A stretch of 64,000 bases of DNA from the NCBI GenBank assembly GCA_031962025.1, contig JAVRKW010000001.1; one strand, written 5' to 3'. A program made the position numbers and the translations under genes. The stretch is from Pseudothermotoga sp. (GTDB taxonomy: Bacteria > Thermotogota > Thermotogae > Thermotogales > DSM-5069). The notes under the pieces were generated by a model. That model worked only from the letters and a program-made list of their open reading frames with translations. It did not search any database and had not been told where the DNA came from. Below, piece by piece: positions 42,117 through 50,607 of this stretch. Numbering within the stretch: position 1 is the first letter of the stretch; every line of letters starts with the position of its first letter.

Positions 42117-42983
42117 GTGAAAACCAGAAAGCGGCAAAAAGGGTTCATCAGATTGTTTATGGTTTTTCTTTTCACGATGCTGATTTTGTTGATACTGTAT
42201 CCGAAAAATCAGAATGTTGGTGGCCTTGGCTATTTTGAGATCATGGATTTTTTTGCACGTATTTTCATAATATGCATTCTTTTCAGTTATTCTTATATCT
42301 TTTTGAAAGCTGGTGTATTTCTTTTTGCTTATTCAAAAATATTCAAAATCGTTGGAATCATTTCCTCTACTAAGATAGTTTCTGAAATAGGTGTGATTTT
42401 GGAAACAAGTGGTGTTGTTCTGGTAGCAGTCAGCCTGATTTTGCTGTCCAGAAATGTTTTGAATGATCAATTATTCAACCTGGCTTTTTCGGATTCATTA
42501 ACGGGTTTGATGAACAGGCATGCGTTTTTATATCAGGCACAAAAAACACTTAGAGTTCTGTCTGAGAAAGATAAAAATGCAGCTATTATATATGTTGATC
42601 TGAACAAATTCAAATCTGTCAACGATTACCACGGTCATCACACTGGAGATGAGGTACTTGGGATAGTCGGTAAAAGGATTAAGACCACTGTTAGAAATAA
42701 AGATCTAATAGCAAGGTTTGGTGGAGATGAATTTGTGTTCTTTTTACCAGATTCAGACTGGAAGGTGGCTGAGGAGGTGGCAAAAAGAGTTGTTGAAAAA
42801 ATTTCTCGCCCAATTATAATCAATGGTGTACAATTCTGTCTTGGGGCAAGTGCAGGTATAGCAGTTTTCCCAGATGATGGAAAAACAGTGGAAGAACTGA
42901 TCAAAAATGCAGATAGAGCTATGTACAGAGCAAAGAACACATCTGCCGGTTACATGTTTTCTTCACAAATTGAAGGAGTTTGA
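42117..42983 (+). CDS. Membrane-anchored diguanylate cyclase
   Basis: TM N-terminus; DSLTGLMNR, FKSVND and RFGGDEF motifs. Confidence 0.92.
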   Translation: MKTRKRQKGFIRLFMVFLFTMLILLILYPKNQNVGGLGYFEIMDFFARIFIICILFSYSYIFLKAGVFLFAYSKIFKIVGIISSTKIVSEIGVILETSGVVLVAVSLILLSRNVLNDQLFNLAFSDSLTGLMNRHAFLYQAQKTLRVLSEKDKNAAIIYVDLNKFKSVNDYHGHHTGDEVLGIVGKRIKTTVRNKDLIARFGGDEFVFFLPDSDWKVAEEVAKRVVEKISRPIIINGVQFCLGASAGIAVFPDDGKTVEELIKNADRAMYRAKNTSAGYMFSSQIEGV

Positions 42984-42992
42984 GGTGATACA

Positions 42993-43637
42993 GTGTACGA
43001 AGAACAAAAGAGTCAGGTGGTACAGTTTGGCTTGAAGATTCTCAGATCCAATCATGTGAGTGGTACTTCCGGTAATATAAGTTTGAGAGTTTCCAATGAT
43101 TTATTGTTGATCACACCCAGTGGAATTCCGTACGATGAACTTCATCCCCAGGACATACCTGTCATAGATTTACAAGGTCGGTTGATCGAAGGAAATCTCA
43201 AGCCATCGATAGAGTATCAACTTCACACGATGATATACAAAACCTTTCAGGATATCGCCGCTGTTATTCATACCCATTCGATCTACTCGACAGTTCTGTC
43301 CGTACTCCGTAAACCATTGCCTGCAATTAATGAAACGCTTTTGATGATCGGTCAGTTGATACCTGTCAGCGAATATGCAAATGCTGGTTCCTTAGAACTT
43401 GCCAAAAACGTTGTTGAGTGCATGAAAAAAAGCAGGGCGGTTATTATGGCAAACCACGGACTCATCTGCGCAGCGGGAACACTTAAAGAGGCATTCGATA
43501 TGTGTGAAACTGTCGAAAGGGGCGCACAGATTTATATCACAGCACTCTCAACAGGTTTCGCAGTTCAAACGATCGATGAAAAACATGCAAAAGAAGCAAT
43601 TGAATTTCTCAAGAAAAACTACGGGCAACGACGGTAA
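42993..43637 (+). CDS. Class II aldolase/adducin family (fuculose-1-P aldolase-like)
   Basis: GTSGNIS, ITPSG, PSIE, HTHS and NHG motifs. Confidence 0.9.
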   Translation: MYEEQKSQVVQFGLKILRSNHVSGTSGNISLRVSNDLLLITPSGIPYDELHPQDIPVIDLQGRLIEGNLKPSIEYQLHTMIYKTFQDIAAVIHTHSIYSTVLSVLRKPLPAINETLLMIGQLIPVSEYANAGSLELAKNVVECMKKSRAVIMANHGLICAAGTLKEAFDMCETVERGAQIYITALSTGFAVQTIDEKHAKEAIEFLKKNYGQRR

Positions 43638-43642
43638 GTGGT

Positions 43643-44104
43643 TCACTTTTTTCTGCTTGCCACGAGCATTATTATTCCAAATATGACAACGAGTGTTCCA
43701 AAAATCATTCGCGATTGATACAAACTTATACCAAATAAAATTGCACTGATTGAAAAAAGAATAATTGATCCGACAAGAACACCTTTACTGCGACTGGCAA
43801 AATAAGTTTGAATCATGCCAACAGCCGGTGCCATGACAAAGACGGGCCAGAGATAAACCATGTATGAAAAACCTTTAAAAGTACAGAAAAGTAAAAGAAG
43901 ACCTATGGTGGTGAGAATTCCACCAGGTATGAATCTGCCAGTCGACTTACCAAACGCACCAAATTCAAAACCAAGTCCAAGCACAATCAGTATCACAGAC
44001 CAGACGTAGTTTGCATTGAGGTTGAATATCAGAAATATACCAAAGATGATCAAGAAAATAGCAACTAATGTGCCGCTTATACTGATTTTCCCCATTTGAA
44101 CCAC
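43643..44104 (-). CDS. Hypothetical membrane protein
   Basis: Multiple TM helices, RBS aaggtgg. Confidence 0.75.
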   Translation of the reverse strand: MVQMGKISISGTLVAIFLIIFGIFLIFNLNANYVWSVILIVLGLGFEFGAFGKSTGRFIPGGILTTIGLLLLFCTFKGFSYMVYLWPVFVMAPAVGMIQTYFASRSKGVLVGSIILFSISAILFGISLYQSRMIFGTLVVIFGIIMLVASRKK

Positions 44105-44108
44105 CTTC

Positions 44109-44903
44109 TTACAAATTCAGGTCTTTTTGTAGTTGTAATGCCTTCAGATATGTTTCCTGTATGGTTTTCATCAAGGCTCCTCTGATACCTTCTCTCTCCA
44201 TTCTGTATATTCCTTCTATTGTTGTTCCACCGGGTGAAGTCACCACATGTCTGAATTCACCAGGGTGATTTTTGAGTTTGAGCAAAAGCTCTGCAGAACC
44301 TATAATTGTCTCAAGTACCATGAGCCTTGAAGTCTCATATGAAAGCCCCATTCTGATACCTGCATCGATCAAAGCTTCTATAATGACAAAAATGAAAGCT
44401 GGCGCGCTACCACTCAAAGCAGTCACAGCCGCGATGTGATCTTCATCAACTTCAACAATTTTTCCTAAGCAGGATAATATTTTACAGCATTTATTCCACG
44501 TGTCGTCATCTAACTGCTTAGAGCGCGCGGCACCCACCACACCTTTACCAATCATGCTGGGAATATTTGGCATTATCCTTATGACTTTCTTGCACTGTGT
44601 TTGTTTTATGATCTTTTCAATACTCACGGCTGTCATTGTGCTTATCAAAACCTTATCGCCAATCTGCCCAATATTTGAAAACAACTGATCGCTGTCCTGA
44701 GGCTTGACGCAAAAAAATATTATTTCACACATTTCAATAGTTTCTCTGTTAGTCGTGACTCGATACCCATTTTCAGCAAAAGACTTGATCTTGCTGAAAG
44801 ATCGATTACTCAAAACAACCTCCTGTGGTTTGAAGTAACCACTTTCAACAAGTCTTTTTGCAATTATTGAACCGATATTTCCAACACCGATTATTCCAAT
44901 CAT
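44109..44903 (-). CDS. proC: Pyrroline-5-carboxylate reductase
   Basis: GVGNIG, VKPQ, RIMPN, ALSGSAPA and VTSPGGTT motifs. Confidence 0.95.
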   Translation of the reverse strand: MIGIIGVGNIGSIIAKRLVESGYFKPQEVVLSNRSFSKIKSFAENGYRVTTNRETIEMCEIIFFCVKPQDSDQLFSNIGQIGDKVLISTMTAVSIEKIIKQTQCKKVIRIMPNIPSMIGKGVVGAARSKQLDDDTWNKCCKILSCLGKIVEVDEDHIAAVTALSGSAPAFIFVIIEALIDAGIRMGLSYETSRLMVLETIIGSAELLLKLKNHPGEFRHVVTSPGGTTIEGIYRMEREGIRGALMKTIQETYLKALQLQKDLNL

Positions 44904-45024
44904 GGCAGACTCCCCCTGCATTCTTTTTGTCGATCATATCATATATTTGAAAGATTATTGTTGCATTTTAGATCTTTAGTTGTTCTCGCTCTGTCTGTGG
45001 TTTTTTGCAGAGTGAAAGCCATAA

Positions 45025-45590
45025 GAAAGACTCATTAAGATAAATCCAGCTGTATTTGAATGGCTTAAACAAAGACATATTGACCTTTCAAAAGAACCTA
45101 TGCAAATACAAAATGCTATTCAGCATTTCCAGGGTGGAGTGAAAATCGACACCGATGCACGAACGAATCTCAAAGGACTGTACGCCGCCGGTGAATGTGC
45201 TGGCGGACAGCATGGTGCAAACAGACCCGGCGGGAACTCACTACTTGACACACAGGTCTTTGGGAAAATTGCCGGTCGAAATGCTGCAATCGAAGCGAGA
45301 CAGATCACACTGAGTCAAATCAACCCAGATGAAGATCCATTCTCATATGGCACAATACCATCTTCAAAAGCACGAAAAATGATCACAGATACTGTTTCAG
45401 AATCAGCATTTCTTGTCAGGCAGGAACAGGAGATCACAAAAGCTCTGAGTACTATCGAATCTATTGAGAATCAGGGTATTTGCATAGATGAAAATGGTTT
45501 GACTCATTTTCTTGAGACAAGAAACATGCTCATTCTGGCAAGAGTGATCTTAACTTCAATTTTATTGAGAGATGAAAGCAGGGGTCCGCA
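45025..45590 (+). pseudogene. C-terminal fragment of an SdhA/FrdA/NadB-family flavoprotein
   Basis: HFQGGV, GLYAAGE, HGANRPGGNSL and RDESRG motifs; N-terminal FAD domain absent; in-frame stop just upstream of 45025. Confidence 0.8.
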
Positions 45591-45781
45591 GGGGAGCGGA
45601 CATAGTAATAGAAGCCAGTGGCAGCAGTAAAGCACTTTTGGAAGGTTTTAAGCTTCTGAGAAAGGGAGGTACCTATTTAATTGCGGGAGTTGCCGTGCCT
45701 CAGCAATCAATTTTGCTGGATGTTTACCATGATCTTGTCTGGAAAAACATACATCTTCTCACAATCAAACCAGGCACTTGA
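45590..45781 (+). pseudogene. Internal fragment of a zinc-dependent (MDR) dehydrogenase
   Basis: RGADIVIEASGS...LLRKGGTYLIAGV, in a different frame and abutting the flavoprotein fragment. Confidence 0.72.
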
Positions 45782-45838
45782 GCTGGTTGAAGAAAGGCAA
45801 GCTTTGAAAGTTGTTCTTTCGTTTGTATAGAACATGGG

Positions 45839-46999
45839 TCAAAATTTAACACTGAGTCCAGCTCTCAGCTGTATTTTCCCGCTCAGCGAATATTCACCAC
45901 CAATTACCATGAAAAAACCGTGAGCCATTTTTATTCTTCCATCAAACCAGATATTGATATCACGATTGTTGTATGCACCAAGGGTAATTGAGAAATTTTC
46001 AAAATTGAGCACTGCACCAGCCTTCCACACAGGTGCAGCAAACTTAAAATCTGTCACCGACAGTTTGAATGGATAGAGCTCTGCAAATAGTGTGAGTACA
46101 TCAGAAAGCTCTGAATAATCAGATACACCAAGAGCGATGAAAAAATCCTGATCGTAAATGAATTTTATCCCCGCTCTGAGCCCTTCCTTACCCACGGTAT
46201 TTTCAATTGCCACCACGGCACTGAATGGAATAAACACAACCTCTGATTGAAAAACCAGTGAATCAGCAAACCACAAACAGGTACCTGCGCGTGCACTGAA
46301 ATCGGAAAAATCAGTCAATAAAAAACCGTAAACTTCACTTTCGTGATTGACACTTGAAGAATTGAAAAGATTTGCAAATTCATCCATTCCACCGACAAAA
46401 ACGATATTTTCTTTTGGTGGTTCATTTGCAAAAAACGCCCTGATATACACCGCAAAGTACTTCATATTTTCCTGCGTCTTGACGGTTGCCAGACAAACCG
46501 GTGAAAATTCTTGACCTATCCATAATTCATTGTCAAATAAAGTGGGATTGTATGGATCTGAAATCACAACTTTGGTGCTGACTTTCTCATCTGAAATGCT
46601 CTCTGGAGTGAGTTCTATTCTTAAACCACTGCCGGTTGTCGTGCCGGTTTTAAGAGACAGCTGGCTGGTACCAGCGAATAAAACAGCAGGCTTACCTAAG
46701 AGCGTGGAAACCCATGGTCGGAAAATTGTCTTTGTTTTTTCCTGCTTTGTGCCAACCTCAAAGGTTGCGGTAACAAAAGGAATTTTCACTAAAAGTTCCA
46801 TCACAGATGGATCATAGAGAATTCTGAATTCGTAATTAGATAGATCAGGTTTGTCCAGATGAAGTTCCTTGAAGTTGAATTTGCCAATGGTTTCATCACT
46901 GAGCTGAACTATTTCAAGCTGGTATATCACAACAGTCTGAGCGGCAAAAATGAAAGAACAGAATAAAAGCAATGAGAGAATCAATCGTGATCTTGCCAT
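45839..46999 (-). CDS. Exported protein: secretin-like N-half plus beta-barrel-like C-half
   Basis: Signal peptide; KTIFRPWVSTLLGKPAVLFAG parallels the neighbouring secretin; amphipathic strands ending GLSVKF. Confidence 0.65.
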   Translation of the reverse strand: MARSRLILSLLLFCSFIFAAQTVVIYQLEIVQLSDETIGKFNFKELHLDKPDLSNYEFRILYDPSVMELLVKIPFVTATFEVGTKQEKTKTIFRPWVSTLLGKPAVLFAGTSQLSLKTGTTTGSGLRIELTPESISDEKVSTKVVISDPYNPTLFDNELWIGQEFSPVCLATVKTQENMKYFAVYIRAFFANEPPKENIVFVGGMDEFANLFNSSSVNHESEVYGFLLTDFSDFSARAGTCLWFADSLVFQSEVVFIPFSAVVAIENTVGKEGLRAGIKFIYDQDFFIALGVSDYSELSDVLTLFAELYPFKLSVTDFKFAAPVWKAGAVLNFENFSITLGAYNNRDINIWFDGRIKMAHGFFMVIGGEYSLSGKIQLRAGLSVKF

Positions 47000-47012
47000 T
47001 TTCTACACTTCC

Positions 47013-48170
47013 TCACAGTACTTCAGCGCTGAGAAATATCACGAGTTCTCTTTTGTTCTCACTGTCGGATTTCACACCAAAGAGATATCTTAGAATCGGT
47101 ATGTTTCCAAGGAATGGAAAACCTGTGTAAGAATTAGATGACTGTTGAACAGTTAGACCACTTATCACAACTGTTTGACCGCTCTGTATGCAAAGAGTTG
47201 TGGACAATTCACTTCTTTTTGTGGAAAGAGAACTGCTCATCTGTGCTGTTGAGAAATGACTCACGCTCGGTGCGACAGCTATCTCGAGCTCGTTATCTTT
47301 AAGCACTCTTGCTGTGATATCGAGCCCCACGCCAACATCAACAGTCTGTGTTGTGGTTGTACCGGCTTCGGGCTGAATTATGATGATCTCTCTTTGACCG
47401 ACAAAAAGTCTTGCTGGTTTGTTTTCCTGAACGATGATCCATGGATCTGCCTTTATGGTCGCTTTGTGTTGTTCTTCAAGGGCTTGTAATCTGGCAACAA
47501 TCGTTCCAAATGCGTTTGTCTGAACAGACAGCACGCCGGATATTAATCCCAGCGTAGTAGACCAGTTCTCATTGAATTGCTGGTTTGCTCCGAAACTGTA
47601 GCCAAGTTGATCCAAGCCAAGATCCATCATGGCATCCTTCGAAACCTCTGTGACGACAACACTTACCTTTACCTGTTTTGGTGCAAGATCTATTTTCTGT
47701 AGGTCTTCTTCAAATCGCTCTATGATCTGTTCGGGTGCGGTGATAGTTATCAGGTTGTTCTGAGTGTCGATTTTCAGAAAAGGTTCATAAAAAGATGGTA
47801 TCAGGTTTTTGATCGAATCTACTTTCAGATACTTTGGTTTTATTGCTTTGGTCTGAGCAAGATATCTGAACGCTGGGTTTTTTGGATCTGGCGCGCCGAC
47901 AAAATAAAAACCATCAACCTTTATAAAGGTATATCCACCCGGCATGAGAATCATTTTCAAAGCCTTTTCGAGCGGCACTTCATTCAATTCTATGGTGACA
48001 AAACCACTGACGGTGGTATCTGCGATGATTGGTACACCGGTTTGAGCTGATATATCCCTAAGGGCGTCGAGAATATAGGTATCCTGAAAGATATTTGTCA
48101 CAAGAGGCTCTTGCTCGGCAAATACTGTCAGAACCATCAAAAAAACTATCAACGTGGAGAATCTTTTCAT
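47013..48170 (-). CDS. Short secretin (type II/III secretion/PilQ family)
   Basis: STN-like N domain, DLAPKQVKVSV, ADPWIIVQENKPA, GQTVVISGL, GFPFLGNIPILRYLFG and RELVIFL motifs. Confidence 0.88.
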   Translation of the reverse strand: MKRFSTLIVFLMVLTVFAEQEPLVTNIFQDTYILDALRDISAQTGVPIIADTTVSGFVTIELNEVPLEKALKMILMPGGYTFIKVDGFYFVGAPDPKNPAFRYLAQTKAIKPKYLKVDSIKNLIPSFYEPFLKIDTQNNLITITAPEQIIERFEEDLQKIDLAPKQVKVSVVVTEVSKDAMMDLGLDQLGYSFGANQQFNENWSTTLGLISGVLSVQTNAFGTIVARLQALEEQHKATIKADPWIIVQENKPARLFVGQREIIIIQPEAGTTTTQTVDVGVGLDITARVLKDNELEIAVAPSVSHFSTAQMSSSLSTKRSELSTTLCIQSGQTVVISGLTVQQSSNSYTGFPFLGNIPILRYLFGVKSDSENKRELVIFLSAEVL

Positions 48171-49804
48171 TTTTCTTCGCCCCCCTCTAATTTGATTCTC
48201 TTTCTCAGCGTGATCGGCTGACCATCTTTGAAATCTATTCTCGCGACAACTTCGTATTCACCCGGCTGAATCTGAGCAGGAAGCATAACACCATAAATTC
48301 TTTCCTCACCGGGAAGGATGGGTATCTCTCCAGAATAAGAAGCGCTGACAAGTCTTTGTGTACTCTCTGGGAATATCACGCCGTTTTCTTCTTCTCGCTG
48401 TGGTATGACTTTTTCAAGACCAACTGTTATCGAAGGAATGACGTGATAATTTCCTTCGTTTCTGACTAACAGATCAACATTCAGCCCATCTGCGACTGGC
48501 TGAATTAAGTGAAAATCTGCTGAAAGTTTCTTGACGATGGTTTCATCTGATCCGACATAAACCAGAAGATTGGCTCCGAACTCGGCTTTTGCATTTTCAT
48601 TTGAAGAGGAAAACACCAGATCGAAGTAATATCCACCAAGAGCGTCTTCTGGTGGTCTGGCAACGATCCTCAATTTTCGAGTTTGATTTGGTTTCAGCTC
48701 AAATGAATTTGGCGATAATTCTATCCAATCAACTGCTTTCTGTCTATTTTCAATTGGAACGAGTTCACCATTGATGTCATATTCAAGAGGGTAAATCGAG
48801 GCGTTTATCTGTGCAGTTTCATTTCCGCGATTTGTGATACTGATCAGTGTACTTCTGAAAGTCTTTGGCATCACCTTTAATTCTATGTTCCCGGGTTCGA
48901 TATAAAACATCGGAACACTACTCACTTTTGCCTGTTCAACTTGAGCTGTGTCTTCTTTGACAGAAAACTGTGTTTCGACGATGGCAGGTCTGTGACCGCC
49001 GTAATTAACAACAGCTTTTGCCGTGTAATCTCCCGGGGGGAGTTTTCTGGTAGTGATGCTTCTTATTTTCACAGTGGCATCCGGTAATATTATCCCTCTG
49101 CCAGAACCAAGCGGCATTTTTACCAGTGTTCTACCTTCCGATGTTTTGATGGTCAGCTCTCCTGTTGTCTGTACATGAACATTGCTCTTGTTTAAAACAG
49201 AAACACTGAACACCGTGGCATCTTCTCCAACCATTCTTGCTACTTCAATCAGGCTTTTTATCTCACTTATTTTCTGTATTTGGAAATCAACAGCGTACGC
49301 CTCTATTCTTCTCTGTCCAGCTTCCACGGTTAACTCTAAGAAACTTGCAAGCTGGAACTGAAACTGAACAGCAAAGCCAACAGCTTCTTCCATAACCTGC
49401 GGTGTCTGCTGCGGGGGAACGATTTTGAATACAATAGCCGCATATCTTCCACCTGTGATCCCACGTGGAATGCTCACATTCACAGTAACCTGCTTACCAG
49501 AACTTGGTGAAATGGTAAAGACCTCTGGATCGACTTTGATCCATCTTGCGGCAGAATATTTCGTCGAACCGGCCGGAGCGATGTTGTACATGCCATCGAT
49601 ATCTTCAACAACATCCTCGACTTTTGCTTCTATAGTTACCGGATTGAGTGGGTCGGAATTTTCCAAATAAATTTCGTAGCTGAACTGGCTTCCTTGAGCG
49701 ACGGATTTTGTCACAACCATTGGATCGAGCCTGACGCCGAAAGTTCCTTGAGCAAAAATATCCATGCAGATGAGTATCAAAAACACATACAAAAATTTTT
49801 TCAA
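48167..49804 (-). CDS. Exported tandem Ig-fold chaperone-like protein (PapD/DUF916-like)
   Basis: Signal peptide; duplicated WI.v.P..F.i.P...V.V..P....GGxY and NxxN.HV...ILP...PGxY units. Confidence 0.6.
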   Translation of the reverse strand: MKKFLYVFLILICMDIFAQGTFGVRLDPMVVTKSVAQGSQFSYEIYLENSDPLNPVTIEAKVEDVVEDIDGMYNIAPAGSTKYSAARWIKVDPEVFTISPSSGKQVTVNVSIPRGITGGRYAAIVFKIVPPQQTPQVMEEAVGFAVQFQFQLASFLELTVEAGQRRIEAYAVDFQIQKISEIKSLIEVARMVGEDATVFSVSVLNKSNVHVQTTGELTIKTSEGRTLVKMPLGSGRGIILPDATVKIRSITTRKLPPGDYTAKAVVNYGGHRPAIVETQFSVKEDTAQVEQAKVSSVPMFYIEPGNIELKVMPKTFRSTLISITNRGNETAQINASIYPLEYDINGELVPIENRQKAVDWIELSPNSFELKPNQTRKLRIVARPPEDALGGYYFDLVFSSSNENAKAEFGANLLVYVGSDETIVKKLSADFHLIQPVADGLNVDLLVRNEGNYHVIPSITVGLEKVIPQREEENGVIFPESTQRLVSASYSGEIPILPGEERIYGVMLPAQIQPGEYEVVARIDFKDGQPITLRKRIKLEGGEEK

Positions 49805-49832
49805 GCAAATTCACCCCAATCCTTCTTAAAAA

Positions 49833-49857
49833 CAGTAGGGGGATTCCCCCCCTACTG
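49833..49857 (-). terminator. Intra-operon terminator/stabiliser after the pilin-like gene
   Basis: 10-bp stem cagtaggggg/ccccctactg followed by a U-tract on the minus strand. Confidence 0.75.
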
Positions 49858-49877
49858 CATTTTCTGTTCATTGGTTC

Positions 49878-50561
49878 TCAGAAGTTATAATTTCCACTTG
49901 CTCCATCAATCCATGGCATCTGTCTTTGCAATGTTATTGTTATAGTACCACTGTTTTTGTAAACTCCAGCAGAGTTGCATTCTACGACTTTAATCTTGTT
50001 CCACAGCTTTCTGCTTATTCCTTCGTGAAGAGCCGCATCATCACGTATAAACACGTGTACATCGTTCATCTGTCCAGCAGCTGCAATTTCCTGGATACCA
50101 GTTGGTTCATTGCCTATGCCGTAGGCATACCATGCATCGATGTACGGATTGACTGCACTGTTAAAATATGGTGGGGTTGTACCTGGAACAAATGTCGGGC
50201 TTGCAAGACCTGTGAAGCTTATAACTATTTCACCATTGCTCTGAATGAAAAAGCTTATACAATCTGTAATGTAAGTTCCAGGTTTTCTGACATACCATGT
50301 CCATTTGGTTCCATCGATTTGCCAGTTAACCCACTGAGCAACCTGAATTTCTGTTTCAAAATTAAATGTCCAGTTGAATTTGTTGCAACTACCATTGGTT
50401 GCTCCACTCTTGAACGCCCTTGCCTCTACTGCTGGTTGTCCCGTACCCAGCGAAACCCATCCGTTATCTGTCCATTTCCAGACTGTTAACTCTTCTGTTG
50501 CGAACACTGCGAGTGCTGTTATTGCCAGAACTGCCATGATAAGAATAAGAGCTTTTCTCAT
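49878..50561 (-). CDS. Exported pilin-like protein (putative major subunit)
   Basis: RBS aggaggg, signal peptide MRKALILIMAVLAITALAVFA, WYVRKPGTY, C-terminal SAGVYKNSGTITITL. Confidence 0.6.
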   Translation of the reverse strand: MRKALILIMAVLAITALAVFATEELTVWKWTDNGWVSLGTGQPAVEARAFKSGATNGSCNKFNWTFNFETEIQVAQWVNWQIDGTKWTWYVRKPGTYITDCISFFIQSNGEIVISFTGLASPTFVPGTTPPYFNSAVNPYIDAWYAYGIGNEPTGIQEIAAAGQMNDVHVFIRDDAALHEGISRKLWNKIKVVECNSAGVYKNSGTITITLQRQMPWIDGASGNYNF

Positions 50562-50607
50562 AAAAATTCCCTCCTTTTCACCCTCTTGGGTGAGATTTTG
50601 TGAAAAC

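Noticed and set aside
47013..48170. Calling the locus a T2SS or type IV pilus
   Set aside because: No ATPase, platform protein, prepilin peptidase or class III signal peptides occur in the window.
49926..50489. 187-aa Cys-rich plus-strand ORF
   Set aside because: Antisense to the pilin-like gene, with no RBS or motif.
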